A stretch of DNA of 32,000 nt from Prochlorococcus marinus subsp. pastoris str. CCMP1986 (lineage in GTDB: Bacteria; Cyanobacteriota; Cyanobacteriia; PCC-6307; Cyanobiaceae): assembly GCF_000011465.1 (NCBI RefSeq), contig NC_005072.1, positions 1,590,001-1,622,000 on the forward strand. The letters run 5' to 3'. The notes beneath the pieces were generated by a model that saw only the letters and a list, made by a program, of their open reading frames with translations, made no database searches and had not been told where the DNA came from. Below, in pieces: positions 9,261-19,630 of the stretch. The translations under genes and the position numbers were made by a program. The stretch's first letter is position 1. The number at the start of each line of letters is the position of its first letter.

Positions 9261-9279
9261 ATAATAATAATAATAATAA
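9261..9279. repeat. (ATA)6 / (TAA)6 trinucleotide microsatellite in the spacer downstream of gcvP
   Basis: Read directly as gATAATAATAATAATAATAAaa. Confidence 0.8.
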
Positions 9280-9360
9280 AATCTAAATAAATTCTATAAG
9301 AAAATATTAAATTTTTTATTCAATTTTACGGTAACTAAAAAACAAAAAGAATGCTAGTCT

Positions 9361-12270
9361 TTATGCACATTTTTTGTCATCTAAAAAATCTTTATCATTC
9401 ACATTACAAGAACAAATTAAATTTCTATCTCCATAGGCATTATCAATTCTTGATACAGAAGACCAAAATTTATGTTCGAATTTACCTTTATACGGATATG
9501 CAGCCTTTTCTTTTGAATAAGGATAATTCCAATTATCTGCAATCAACTCATTTATAGTATGAGGAGCATTACTAATCAAATTATTATTTCTGAGATTAAT
9601 ATTATTTTCAATTTCTTCAATTTCTTCGCTTATTAGGATCATAGCTTCACAAAATCTATTTAACTCCGTCAAACTTTCACTTTCAGTAGGCTCTATCATT
9701 ATAGTTTCAGGAACTGGCCAACTTATCGTTGGAGCATGAAAGCTATAATCTATTAATCTCTTAGCTATATCATTGACACTTAAACCTGTTTTTGACTTCA
9801 ACTCTCTAAAATCAAGGATACATTCATGTGCGACACAATTATTTTGTCCTTTATATAAAATCTTAAATTTATTTTTTAATGTATTAGCAATATAATTTGC
9901 TGACAATATTGCATGACTACTCGCCTTTCTTAAACCCCTTTGACCAGCCATCTTTATGTACATCCAGCTTATTGGAAGAATGCTTGCACTTCCATGCTGT
10001 GAAGAAGATACAGAATAACCGAATTGACTAAAAGTATTATCTTTCAAAGAATGGGAAGGAAGGAAAGGACTTAAAGTTTCAGATGTTGCAACTGGACCAA
10101 CTCCAGGACCACCACCTCCATGAGGGATACAAAAAGTTTTATGTAAATTTAAATGGCAAACATCCACTCCATAATCACCAGGCCTGCATAATCCGACCTG
10201 AGCATTAAGATTTGCTCCATCCAAATAAACAAATGCACCAACTGAATGAATTAAGTCACATATTTCTCTGATTTTTAATTCAAAAACTCCATGAGTAGAG
10301 GGATAAGTTAACATTAGTGCACCAATTGTATTATCAAATTCCTGGACCTTATTTAATAAATCTTCATAAGAAATATTACCCTCAGAATCACATTTAATAG
10401 TTACAACATCAAATCCTGCCATCACTGCGCTAGCAGGATTTGTTCCATGAGCACTTTGTGGTATTAGGCATTTTTTTCTTAATAAATCACCTTTTGAAGA
10501 GAAGTAAGAATTAATTGCCAATAGACCCGCAAACTCTCCTTGAGAACCTGCATTCGGTTGAAATGAAACTGAATTCAAGCCAATTAGGTCACTAATCCAT
10601 TTCTCAAGATCGCTTATTATTTTTGAATAACCATTTGTTTGATTAGCTGGAGCGAAAGGGTGAATTGACGATAAATTAGCCCATGAAATTGGACTAAGCT
10701 CTGCTGCAGAATTTAATTTCATCGTACAACTTCCTAGTGGAATCATTCCATCAACCAGTGAAAAATCTTTCTCAGCAAGCTTAAAAATGTACCTCATTAA
10801 ATCAGTCTCACTTTGATAATTTTCAAATACATTTTGTTGCATCCATTCTTTATTTCTTAGAGGAATACCCTCAAATTGAAAACAATTATTAAGTGTAATG
10901 TGCGTTAAGTCTTCTTTTCTTCCTAGCCCATTTGCTACGCAATTTACTATCTTATGGATTTCATTTTTATCAGTAAGCTCATCTAGGGAAATTCCAAATC
11001 CTTTAGATTCCTCGATCGATGAACCCAAAGGTAAGATTCTAAAGTTGAATCCGTTTTTTAGAGCTTCTTTATGAATCTTTTCAGATTCCTCACAGTAAAT
11101 ATCAAAACTATCGAACCTACTCCCAAGAGGTATTTTTAAACCTAACTCAGAAAGTAAAGATTCTAGATATCGTCTTAAAACAACTAATCTCTTAGCCATT
11201 TTTGTTAATCCTAAAGACCCATGATATGTGGCATAAAAAGAAGATATTATTGCTAATAAAGATTGAGCTGTACAAATATTACTAGTCGCCTTTTCTCTTC
11301 TTATATGTTGTTCTCTTGTTTGCAATGCCAATCTCAGTGATTGTTCTCCATTTTTAGATAGAGTTTGTCCTACGATTCTTCCTGGTATAAGTCTTTTATA
11401 TTTTTCAGTACATGCAAAAAATGCTGCATGAGGACCACCAAAGCCCATTGGGACTCCAAATCTTTGCAAACTTCCTACAGCTATATCAACTCCAAATTGA
11501 GCTATTGGTTTTATTAAAACTTGCGCAAGAGGATCAATAATTGATGTGACCACTATTTCTGCTTTATGAGCTTGGGAGATTAAAAATGTTGGATCAAATA
11601 AATCTCCATTTTTACCAGGAAGCTGGATTAATAAACCAAAAACATCATCATGATTATTAAAGTACTTTTGGTTAAAACGTTTTAACTTAATTCCTAATGG
11701 TTTGGCTCTGGTCAATAAAACATTAAATGTATGGTCAAAAACATTTTCATCTACTAAGAAAGTATTTGAGGACTTATTTTTCCTTGAAGAAAAACTCATT
11801 GTCATTGCTTCTGAAGCAGCTGTTCCCTCATCTAAAAGAGATGCATTAGCTATAGAGAAACCGGTTAATTCACAAATTAAAGTTTGAAAATTAAACAAAG
11901 CTTCTAATCTGCCTTGAGCAATTTCAGCTTGATAAGGGGTATAAGCGGTATACCACCTGGGGTTTTCTAACACATGCCTTTGTATGACTTTAGGGGTATG
12001 TGTTCCATAATATCCAAGTCCAATTAAAGATCTAAATTTATGATTTTTATTAGATATTTCTTCTAATTCGTTCAATGCCTCAATTTCAGAGCATCCTTTT
12101 GGCAAGACATCTGAACATTTTTCTTTTAACTGAATATCTTCAGGAATAACTTGATGAATAAATTCATCTATATTGTTAAAACCAAGTTTCTGAAGCATTT
12201 TTTTTTCATCATTATCATTCAATCCAAGATGTCTATCTATAAATAAATCCGTGTTGCTTTTGGGATTCAT
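9361..12270 (-). CDS. gcvP: Glycine dehydrogenase (decarboxylating), glycine cleavage P protein, single-chain form
   Basis: The 969-aa protein carries the PLP-lysine region CHLNLHKTFCIPHGGGGPGVGP. The N-terminal FIDRHLG and YTPYQAEIAQGRLEAL motifs are present. Confidence 0.97.
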   Translation of the reverse strand: MNPKSNTDLFIDRHLGLNDNDEKKMLQKLGFNNIDEFIHQVIPEDIQLKEKCSDVLPKGCSEIEALNELEEISNKNHKFRSLIGLGYYGTHTPKVIQRHVLENPRWYTAYTPYQAEIAQGRLEALFNFQTLICELTGFSIANASLLDEGTAASEAMTMSFSSRKNKSSNTFLVDENVFDHTFNVLLTRAKPLGIKLKRFNQKYFNNHDDVFGLLIQLPGKNGDLFDPTFLISQAHKAEIVVTSIIDPLAQVLIKPIAQFGVDIAVGSLQRFGVPMGFGGPHAAFFACTEKYKRLIPGRIVGQTLSKNGEQSLRLALQTREQHIRREKATSNICTAQSLLAIISSFYATYHGSLGLTKMAKRLVVLRRYLESLLSELGLKIPLGSRFDSFDIYCEESEKIHKEALKNGFNFRILPLGSSIEESKGFGISLDELTDKNEIHKIVNCVANGLGRKEDLTHITLNNCFQFEGIPLRNKEWMQQNVFENYQSETDLMRYIFKLAEKDFSLVDGMIPLGSCTMKLNSAAELSPISWANLSSIHPFAPANQTNGYSKIISDLEKWISDLIGLNSVSFQPNAGSQGEFAGLLAINSYFSSKGDLLRKKCLIPQSAHGTNPASAVMAGFDVVTIKCDSEGNISYEDLLNKVQEFDNTIGALMLTYPSTHGVFELKIREICDLIHSVGAFVYLDGANLNAQVGLCRPGDYGVDVCHLNLHKTFCIPHGGGGPGVGPVATSETLSPFLPSHSLKDNTFSQFGYSVSSSQHGSASILPISWMYIKMAGQRGLRKASSHAILSANYIANTLKNKFKILYKGQNNCVAHECILDFRELKSKTGLSVNDIAKRLIDYSFHAPTISWPVPETIMIEPTESESLTELNRFCEAMILISEEIEEIENNINLRNNNLISNAPHTINELIADNWNYPYSKEKAAYPYKGKFEHKFWSSVSRIDNAYGDRNLICSCNVNDKDFLDDKKCA

Positions 12271-12316
12271 ATTTAATTTATTTTTCTTTAAAATAGCCGA
12301 TTTTTAGAAATATGCT

Positions 12317-12706
12317 TTAATTCGGAACAACCTTTGACTTATATTCATCTGAATTCATTAATTCGTCTAACAAAACATTTGATTCTGATTTAATAATCAG
12401 CAACCATCCATCACCAATTGGATCATTTTGCAAAATTTCTGGATTATCAATAACTCCTTCATTTACAGAAATCACTTCACCTGAAAAAGGAAGATATACT
12501 TCTTCAACAGCCTTGACAGATTCAATTGTTCCAAAAGTTTCTCCTTTTTGTAAATTAGTTCCCTTCTCGACTAATTCAACAAAAACAATGTCTCCTAATT
12601 GATCAATAGCAAACTCACTAACACCAATTTTAAACAATCCATTTTCTTCCTTCACATATTCATGTGTATCAGCATATCTTAGATAATTTGGAAACTTATA
12701 AGACAT
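12317..12706 (-). CDS. gcvH: Glycine cleavage system H protein
   Basis: A 129-aa protein with the lipoyl-lysine motif GTIESVKAVEEV and a start typical of GcvH (YADTHEYV). Confidence 0.96.
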   Translation of the reverse strand: MSYKFPNYLRYADTHEYVKEENGLFKIGVSEFAIDQLGDIVFVELVEKGTNLQKGETFGTIESVKAVEEVYLPFSGEVISVNEGVIDNPEILQNDPIGDGWLLIIKSESNVLLDELMNSDEYKSKVVPN

Positions 12707-12714
12707 AATAAAGT

Positions 12715-14004
12715 TTATGGAAAAATGAGAGATTCCTTTTCAATTAGATTTTCTTCTAATAATTCAAATACTAATTGAATTAAAGCGATTTTGATGTGAG
12801 CAATGTGAGAACCACCTTGAACAAAAATATTAAATGGATCTCTTAAAGGAGCATCAGCTGAAAATTCACTTGTACTTCCTTCAATAAATGTACCTCCAGA
12901 CATTAATAAATTTGAATCATAACCACTCATTGGAGAAGGAATAACATTTAAAAAAGAATCTATTGGTGAAGAATTTTGAAAGGACTGACATACTTTTTGT
13001 ATTAAGTGTGGATTATTTAATCTAACTGCTTGAATGATGTCTGATCTGTACGATTTAGGCTCCGGTAAAACAATAAAACCTAGTTTTTTAAATACTGCAG
13101 CTACCAAATCAGCACCTTTTAAAGATTCGTGCACCATTTGTGGTGCTAAAAATAATCCCTGCAGAATTAATCTTCCGAAACCAAAGTTAATTCCTGCATC
13201 GGCACCAATTCCTGGTGCGGTCAATCTACAACATGCCATTTCAACTAATTCAGAATCACCTGCAATATATCCGCCAGTAGGAACAATAGTCCCACCCAAA
13301 TTTTTAATTAGCGATCCAGCGATTATATTTGCGCCATTAATAATTGGTTCACTATCTTCTACAAGTTCTCCATAACAATTATCCACAAAACAAATAGTCT
13401 CAGGATTAAGTGAATGAACAAGATTACAGATTTGTTTTATTTGATTATTATTTAAAGATTTTCTCCAACTATAACCACAACTTTTCTGGATAAATACTAG
13501 TTTACATTTATTATGTTTAAAAAAATCTACTAGTTTATCTTCGTAGGAATTTTTTCTTTCATCCATACTAATTTGACGATATCCAACTCCTAAATCTAAT
13601 AAAGAACCTTTGCCCTTTCCTCTTATACCGATCACTTCCTCCAATGTATCGTAAGGAGTTCCAGTTACAGATAACATTAAATCCCCTGGCCGTAAAATAC
13701 CAAAAAGAACGGAGCTTATAGCATGGGTACCACTTACAAATTGCATCCTGACAGCTGATTTTTCTGCGAGAAAAAATTTTGCAAATACCTCATCAATCTT
13801 TTGCCTAGATAAATCATCATGTCCGCTACCTGTAGATTGATTAAAGTGACTAGTTGAGACTTTTTCTTCTTTAAAAATTTTCAAGATATTATTTAATTTG
13901 TAATAGATTTGATTTGATCTTTCATTAAAAATACCCTTTAAACCTTCTTCCACAGATATAACCATTTCTTCGGCTAAGCTAAAATTATAATTTTTATTTT
14001 TCAT
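12715..14004 (-). CDS. PLP-dependent enzyme of the YnbB / 'aluminium-resistance protein' (methionine gamma-lyase-like) family
   Basis: It shows fold-type I aminotransferase-like features: VSGTHAISS, FVDNCYGE and the probable PLP-lysine segment GSLIKNLGGT. The 429-aa length fits. The substrate is unknown. Confidence 0.8.
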   Translation of the reverse strand: MKNKNYNFSLAEEMVISVEEGLKGIFNERSNQIYYKLNNILKIFKEEKVSTSHFNQSTGSGHDDLSRQKIDEVFAKFFLAEKSAVRMQFVSGTHAISSVLFGILRPGDLMLSVTGTPYDTLEEVIGIRGKGKGSLLDLGVGYRQISMDERKNSYEDKLVDFFKHNKCKLVFIQKSCGYSWRKSLNNNQIKQICNLVHSLNPETICFVDNCYGELVEDSEPIINGANIIAGSLIKNLGGTIVPTGGYIAGDSELVEMACCRLTAPGIGADAGINFGFGRLILQGLFLAPQMVHESLKGADLVAAVFKKLGFIVLPEPKSYRSDIIQAVRLNNPHLIQKVCQSFQNSSPIDSFLNVIPSPMSGYDSNLLMSGGTFIEGSTSEFSADAPLRDPFNIFVQGGSHIAHIKIALIQLVFELLEENLIEKESLIFP

Positions 14005-14008
14005 TCTC

Positions 14009-14716
14009 TTAAACTTTCTTTTTTTGTGAAGCTATATCTCTTAAGTATGTAAGAAAAGCATTGGGTCCTCCTCCATTGAAATAAGATAGTTTTTTTGAGG
14101 TCTCGTAAAGATCTAACAATTCACCATCTAATTCTTCTGCTGTAAAATCTTTTATTCCCGCTATCACTTCTGCAAAACGATCTCTTCTTAGTGTCTTAGA
14201 AACTGTGTACGCATCCATAATGATTGTTTTACAAGATCTCCAAGGTCTATTTTGACAAAAATGATCAGAAAGAGCATCACTTAACGCAGACGCTTCAGAA
14301 TCCTCTATATACCAATCAAATGACAATGGGAGCGGTTTTAATCCAGAAAAAATTTCAAATAATTCTCCAGCTGACAAAGGATTATCAGCATCATTTTTTA
14401 ATGGAAGAGCAGAATCTTGTAATGACCTCCATAATTCTGGATGATTCTTTTCTAATTGATCCCTTATCGATTCTATCCCTTGATCAAGAATCGTATTGAC
14501 CTGCGCTAATGCAAGAAAAACTTCCGGACCAGGCGATGATAACTTTCCATTTCTAAGATTTGAAATCTGAGAATTATGTACTCTTCCTAAATCAAGTATT
14601 TCAGACAGCAAGGGTAAAACCCTGTGAGACCAACCATTCCTCTCATGCCAAAGATGAATCAAATGAGCCATCGCTCTTCGACCCTTCAATAATTTATCGC
14701 GATATCCTAAGCTCAC
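14009..14716 (-). CDS. Conserved-looking hypothetical protein with an XRE-type helix-turn-helix-like N-terminus
   Basis: The stretch NGWSHRVLPLLSEILDLGRVHNSQISNLRNGKLSSPGPEVFLALAQV resembles the recognition helix and G-K-x-x-P turn of Cro/C1 HTH domains. The remaining ~150 aa carry no motif I recognise. The stop lies 4 nt before the next start. Confidence 0.6.
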   Translation of the reverse strand: MSLGYRDKLLKGRRAMAHLIHLWHERNGWSHRVLPLLSEILDLGRVHNSQISNLRNGKLSSPGPEVFLALAQVNTILDQGIESIRDQLEKNHPELWRSLQDSALPLKNDADNPLSAGELFEIFSGLKPLPLSFDWYIEDSEASALSDALSDHFCQNRPWRSCKTIIMDAYTVSKTLRRDRFAEVIAGIKDFTAEELDGELLDLYETSKKLSYFNGGGPNAFLTYLRDIASQKKKV

Positions 14717-14792
14717 GGATAATTAAAATAATCAATAGTATAGTATGATAATATTACATATCGGCCTTTTTGAAAATAGTTTTTCCAATATT

Positions 14793-15731
14793 ATGAAATC
14801 AGTTATCTTCCAAGAAACAGCCAACTTAAAAAAACCTGTCCCTGCAGAAAAAGTTATAGAACTTTCGGATAAATTACTTGAACCATCTAGTCACTCTAAG
14901 AGATATCCTCCAAGATTACACAAAACATGGGGAACAATCTTTTTTATGATTGCCATTCATTTATTATCCTTATTGGCATTACAACCTCAGTTTTGGAGCA
15001 TGCCTGCAGTAACTGCATTATTTTTCTTTTACTGGTTAACTGCTTGTCTTGGAGTCACTTTAGGTTATCATCGTTTACTTTCCCATAGATCGTTTGTTGT
15101 CCCAAAATGGTTGGAGAGATTTTTTGCTACATGTGGAGCTATCAGCTGCCAGCATGGACCAATAGATTGGGTTGGTTTACACAGGCATCACCACTCTTTC
15201 TCAGACACAGAAGTTGATCATCACAACAGTAAGAGAGGATTTTGGTGGAGTCACATGGGTTGGATGTTTAAAGATGTTGAGGCATTAAAAGCAGTGCCAA
15301 AATTAAGTGCAGATTTAATTAAAGATCCATACTATAGATTCCTTAATAAATATTTTCTCTTTTTACAAATTCCTATTGGCTTATGTTTGTATGCAATAGG
15401 GCAAAAATTAGGTGTTGGAGGATGGGCATTAGTATTATGGGGAATACCTCTAAGACTTGTAGTGGTTTATCACATTACTTGGTTAGTAAACTCAGCTACC
15501 CATTGTTGGGGAAAAGCTCCTTTTGAAAGTGGCGATGGTTCAAAAAATAATGCTTGGGTTGCAGCTTTAACATTTGGAGAAGGATGGCATAATAATCATC
15601 ATGCATTTCCTAATTCAGCTAGACAGGGATTATTTAGAGGCCAAATTGATTTAACATGGGAACATATTAAGATTCTTGCCAAATTAGGATTCGCAAAAAA
15701 AGTAAAATTACCCTCTAGGTCTTATTATTAA
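14793..15731 (+). CDS. desC: Acyl-lipid delta-9 fatty-acid desaturase
   Basis: Three histidine boxes are present (HRLLSH, HRHHH, HNNHH), with TM segments between them. The tracked ORF opens at ATG 14745. I prefer ATG 14793 (MKSVIFQ) because it leaves a 76-bp divergent promoter spacer rather than 28 bp. The start remains uncertain. Confidence 0.9.
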   Translation: MKSVIFQETANLKKPVPAEKVIELSDKLLEPSSHSKRYPPRLHKTWGTIFFMIAIHLLSLLALQPQFWSMPAVTALFFFYWLTACLGVTLGYHRLLSHRSFVVPKWLERFFATCGAISCQHGPIDWVGLHRHHHSFSDTEVDHHNSKRGFWWSHMGWMFKDVEALKAVPKLSADLIKDPYYRFLNKYFLFLQIPIGLCLYAIGQKLGVGGWALVLWGIPLRLVVVYHITWLVNSATHCWGKAPFESGDGSKNNAWVAALTFGEGWHNNHHAFPNSARQGLFRGQIDLTWEHIKILAKLGFAKKVKLPSRSYY

Positions 15732-15751
15732 ATATATAAATAAATATTTTC

Positions 15752-16207
15752 ATGGCTAAAAGAGTAAAAGTCGTTTTAACAGAATCAGTTGCCACTCTTG
15801 GTAGAGATGGTGATGTTGTAGAAGTAGCGCCTGGTTATGCAAGGAATTTTTTATTGCCATTTGGTAAAGCAGCTAATGTAACTCCTTCAATTCTGAAACA
15901 AATTGAACGAAAAAGAGCAAAAGAAAAAATTGCTGCAGAGAAAGTAAAACAAGAAGCTATTGATTTTAAAACCGCACTAGCAACCATTGGTAGATTTACA
16001 ATCAAGAAACAAGTTGGAGAAGATGGTGTCCTTTTTGGAACTGTTACAAATGGAGATGTTGCTGAAGCTATAGAGGCAGCTACGAAAAAAGATATTGATA
16101 GAAGAGACATAACTGTCCCAGATATTCATAATTTAGGTTCTTTCGTTGCAAAGATAAAACTACATCAAGAAGTAAGTGCGGAAGTAAACATTGAAGTAAC
16201 AAGTTAA
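15752..16207 (+). CDS. rplI: 50S ribosomal protein L9
   Basis: The N-terminus [32 protein letters not shown] is typical of L9. The conserved rplI-dnaB adjacency is present. Confidence 0.96.
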
Positions 16208-16265
16208 TAACTTTGTTGCATTATTTGGAAAAGTAGTCAGAGTATATATCTAAGTCTTTAAGTAC

Positions 16266-17648
16266 ATGGTTTCAGTTCCTTTTTCAAATAATGGGTCTAA
16301 TAAGAATTTTAAAAAGGACTTTAATAATGAAAACGCTGGTTTAGTTCCTCCCCAAAATATTCAAGCAGAAGAAGCTGTTTTAGGTGGAATTTTACTTGAT
16401 CCTGATGCGATAGGAAGGATTGCAGACTTGATTAAACCAGAAGCCTTTTATATAAATGCTCATCAAGAGATATATAAAACCGCGTTAATGTTGCATACAC
16501 AAGGCAAACCTACAGATCTAACTTCAATGAGTGCATGGCTTGCTGACAATGGATCACTTGAAAAGATTGGAGGCAATTCTAAATTAGTAGAACTTGTAGA
16601 AAATGTTTCTTCAACAGCTTCAATAGAACAAGTTGCTAATTTAATTAGTGATAAATTTATAAGGAGACAACTCATCCGATCTGGGAATGAGGTTGTTCAA
16701 CTAGGATTTGATCAAACACAAGAAACCAATGAAGTTTTAGATAAGGCAGAACAGAAAATTTTTGAAATTAGTCAAGAAAAACCGACAAAAGGTCTGACCC
16801 AAGCGGCAGAAATTCTTACAAGTACTTTTAATGAAATAGAGTCCAGATCATTAGGAACATCTGTAGCTGGTATTCCAGTAAATTTTTATGACCTTGACGC
16901 AATGACTCAAGGCTTTCAAAGGAGTGATCTAATAATTGTGGCAGGAAGACCCTCAATGGGAAAAACTTCAATGGTTTTAAACCTAGCAAAAAATGTAGCT
17001 CAATCTCAGGATCTTCCAGTTTGTGTATTTAGCCTTGAGATGAGCAAAGAACAACTTACATATAGATTACTTTCTATGGAAGTAGGTATAGAAAGCGGAA
17101 GATTAAGAACCGGAAGACTACAACAAGAAGAATGGCCTTTACTTGGAGAAGGAATTAACTCTTTAGGTCAACTGCCAATTTTTATTGATGATAAGCCTAA
17201 TTTAAGTGTTTTAGAAATGAGGTCTCTATGCAGAAGATTAATAGCTGAGCAGAAAAAAGAACTTGGTTTAATAGTTATTGACTACTTACAACTAATGGAG
17301 GGTACAACACCTGATAACAGAGTTCAAGAGCTATCTCGTATCACTAGAGGTCTCAAAAGTATGGCAAGAGAGTTAAAAGTACCAGTAGTTGCTTTATCTC
17401 AATTAAGTAGAGGAGTTGAATCAAGAACAAATAAAAGACCTATGTTAAGTGACCTTAGAGAATCCGGATCTATAGAACAAGATGCCGACTTAGTATTAAT
17501 GATTTACAGAGATGAGTATTACAATCCAGAAACTGAAGACAGAGGAATAACTGAAATTATTGTCACGAAACACAGAAACGGCCCTGTTGGAACTGTTAAA
17601 TTATTATTTGAACCCCAATTTACAAGATTTAGAAACTTAGCCAACTAA
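16266..17648 (+). CDS. dnaB: Replicative DNA helicase, intein-free
   Basis: The N-terminal [16 protein letters not shown] motif, Walker [10 protein letters not shown] and Walker [11 protein letters not shown] are present, along with [10 protein letters not shown]. The length is 460 aa. Confidence 0.97.
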   Translation: MVSVPFSNNGSNKNFKKDFNNENAGLVPPQNIQAEEAVLGGILLDPDAIGRIADLIKPEAFYINAHQEIYKTALMLHTQGKPTDLTSMSAWLADNGSLEKIGGNSKLVELVENVSSTASIEQVANLISDKFIRRQLIRSGNEVVQLGFDQTQETNEVLDKAEQKIFEISQEKPTKGLTQAAEILTSTFNEIESRSLGTSVAGIPVNFYDLDAMTQGFQRSDLIIVAGRPSMGKTSMVLNLAKNVAQSQDLPVCVFSLEMSKEQLTYRLLSMEVGIESGRLRTGRLQQEEWPLLGEGINSLGQLPIFIDDKPNLSVLEMRSLCRRLIAEQKKELGLIVIDYLQLMEGTTPDNRVQELSRITRGLKSMARELKVPVVALSQLSRGVESRTNKRPMLSDLRESGSIEQDADLVLMIYRDEYYNPETEDRGITEIIVTKHRNGPVGTVKLLFEPQFTRFRNLAN

Positions 17649-17659
17649 TCATCACGATA

Positions 17660-19624
17660 ATGAAAGATCCACAATCCCCAAATGAGTCTTTTGACATTAT
17701 TGTTATTGGAGGGGGACATGCAGGTTGTGAAGCTGCAATTACGACAGCAAAATTAGGATTTTCTACTGCGTTATTTACAATAAATTTAGATAGGATTGCT
17801 TGGCAACCATGTAATCCAGCTGTAGGTGGGCCAGCAAAAAGTCAATTAGTCCATGAGATTGATGCTTTAGGAGGAATCATTGGACAATTAGCTGATGAAA
17901 CTGCAATCCAAAAAAGAATTTTAAATGCGAGTAGGGGGCCAGCCGTTTGGGCATTAAGGGCTCAAACAGACAAAAGAGAATACTCTAAACGAATGATAGA
18001 AATACTCCAAAACACAGATAATCTTTCGTTAAAGGAGGCTATGATTACTGAATTAGTAATAAAAGAGGCTGAAACTTTTTCCAATAACTTAAAGAATAAG
18101 ACTAAAAAAATCAAAGGTGTAAAAACTTTTTTTGGAACCTACTATTATGCAAAATCAATAATAATTACTGCAGGAACTTTTTTGGAAGGAAGAATCTGGA
18201 TAGGTAATAAATCAATGTCTGCAGGGAGATCTGGAGAGCAAGCGGCACAAGGATTAACGCAAAGCTTACATAATCTTGGAATAAAAACTGAGCGATTAAA
18301 AACTGGAACTCCTGCAAGAGTTGATAAAAAGAGTATTTCTTTTGATGAATTAGATATTCAACCAAGTACAGCTTCAGATAAATATTTTTCGTTTGATCCC
18401 AAAATCAAAAACAATATGCCGCAAGTAAGTTGTCATATAACAAGAACAACTTTAAAAACTCATGAATTAATTCGCAATAATTTGCATTTAACTCCTATCT
18501 ATGGAGGATTTATAGATAGTAAAGGTCCTAGATATTGCCCTTCAATCGAAGACAAAATTGTAAAATTTGCAGACAAAAATTCACATCAAATTTTTTTAGA
18601 GCCTGAAGGGATAAATACACCAGAAATATACGTACAAGGATTCTCTACTGGATTACCTGAAAATATTCAATTAGACCTTTTAAGAACATTACCAGGATTA
18701 AATAAATGTAAAATGCTTAGGCCTGCTTATGCTGTTGAATATGAATACATCCCAGCGACACAACTTAAGTCATCATTAGAAACAATTGAGATAGAAAATT
18801 TATTTAGTGCTGGACAAATCAATGGAACAACTGGCTATGAAGAAGCTGCTGCCCAAGGATTAGTTGCAGGAATTAATGCAACTAGAAAACTAAATATGAA
18901 AGATCCAATAATATTTTCAAGAGAGAGCAGCTATATAGGCACCATGATAAATGACTTAATTACGAGAGATCTTAAAGAACCATATAGAGTCCTCACAAGT
19001 AGAAGTGAATATAGACTTACCTTACGAGGAGATAATGCTGATAGGAGATTAACTCCTTTAGGTTTTGAAATAGGCTTAATAGATGAAAGAAGATGGTTGG
19101 CTCATAAGAAAAAAATGAAATCACTTAAAGAAGAAAATTCAAGATTAGAAAATACACGTTTAAAATGTACTGATGAAATCGCTAAAAAAATAGAGTTAGA
19201 TAGTGGATCAAAAATTAAAGGATCAACAACATTAAAAGAACTTTTAAAAAGACCCAATCTTCACTATTCTGATTTTATAAGATATGATTTGGTAGACAAA
19301 ACTCTTCCGATATCAGTAATTGAAGGAGTTGAAATAGATATCAAATACGAAGGCTACCTTAAAAGACAAAAAAATAATATTGATCAGATAAATCGTCAAA
19401 GTCTCAAATCACTTTCATCAGAAATTAATTATGACCAAATAGATACTTTATCTCTAGAAGCCCGTGAAAATTTAAATAAGATAAAACCTACTAATTTTGG
19501 TGATGCATCGAAGATACCCGGTGTAAGTAAAGCTGATTTAACAGCATTACTAGTTTGGCTCAAAATTAAGGAACTAAAAAATGAAAAGAAAACTAGTTTT
19601 GCTGAAAAAAAGTTATCATCATAA
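17660..19624 (+). CDS. mnmG: tRNA uridine-5-carboxymethylaminomethyl modification enzyme
   Basis: The FAD-binding motif [15 protein letters not shown] is present, with [11 protein letters not shown] and the conserved C-terminal helical domain. The length is 654 aa. Confidence 0.96.
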   Translation: MKDPQSPNESFDIIVIGGGHAGCEAAITTAKLGFSTALFTINLDRIAWQPCNPAVGGPAKSQLVHEIDALGGIIGQLADETAIQKRILNASRGPAVWALRAQTDKREYSKRMIEILQNTDNLSLKEAMITELVIKEAETFSNNLKNKTKKIKGVKTFFGTYYYAKSIIITAGTFLEGRIWIGNKSMSAGRSGEQAAQGLTQSLHNLGIKTERLKTGTPARVDKKSISFDELDIQPSTASDKYFSFDPKIKNNMPQVSCHITRTTLKTHELIRNNLHLTPIYGGFIDSKGPRYCPSIEDKIVKFADKNSHQIFLEPEGINTPEIYVQGFSTGLPENIQLDLLRTLPGLNKCKMLRPAYAVEYEYIPATQLKSSLETIEIENLFSAGQINGTTGYEEAAAQGLVAGINATRKLNMKDPIIFSRESSYIGTMINDLITRDLKEPYRVLTSRSEYRLTLRGDNADRRLTPLGFEIGLIDERRWLAHKKKMKSLKEENSRLENTRLKCTDEIAKKIELDSGSKIKGSTTLKELLKRPNLHYSDFIRYDLVDKTLPISVIEGVEIDIKYEGYLKRQKNNIDQINRQSLKSLSSEINYDQIDTLSLEARENLNKIKPTNFGDASKIPGVSKADLTALLVWLKIKELKNEKKTSFAEKKLSS

Positions 19625-19630
19625 AAGATA

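Noticed and set aside
16266-17648. Inteins in dnaB or dnaX, which occur in some cyanobacteria.
   Set aside because: DnaB is 460 aa with contiguous Walker A/B and C-terminal motifs. DnaX shows no Cys/Ser...His-Asn splice-junction insert. The only extra sequence in DnaX is the low-complexity linker and its repeat.
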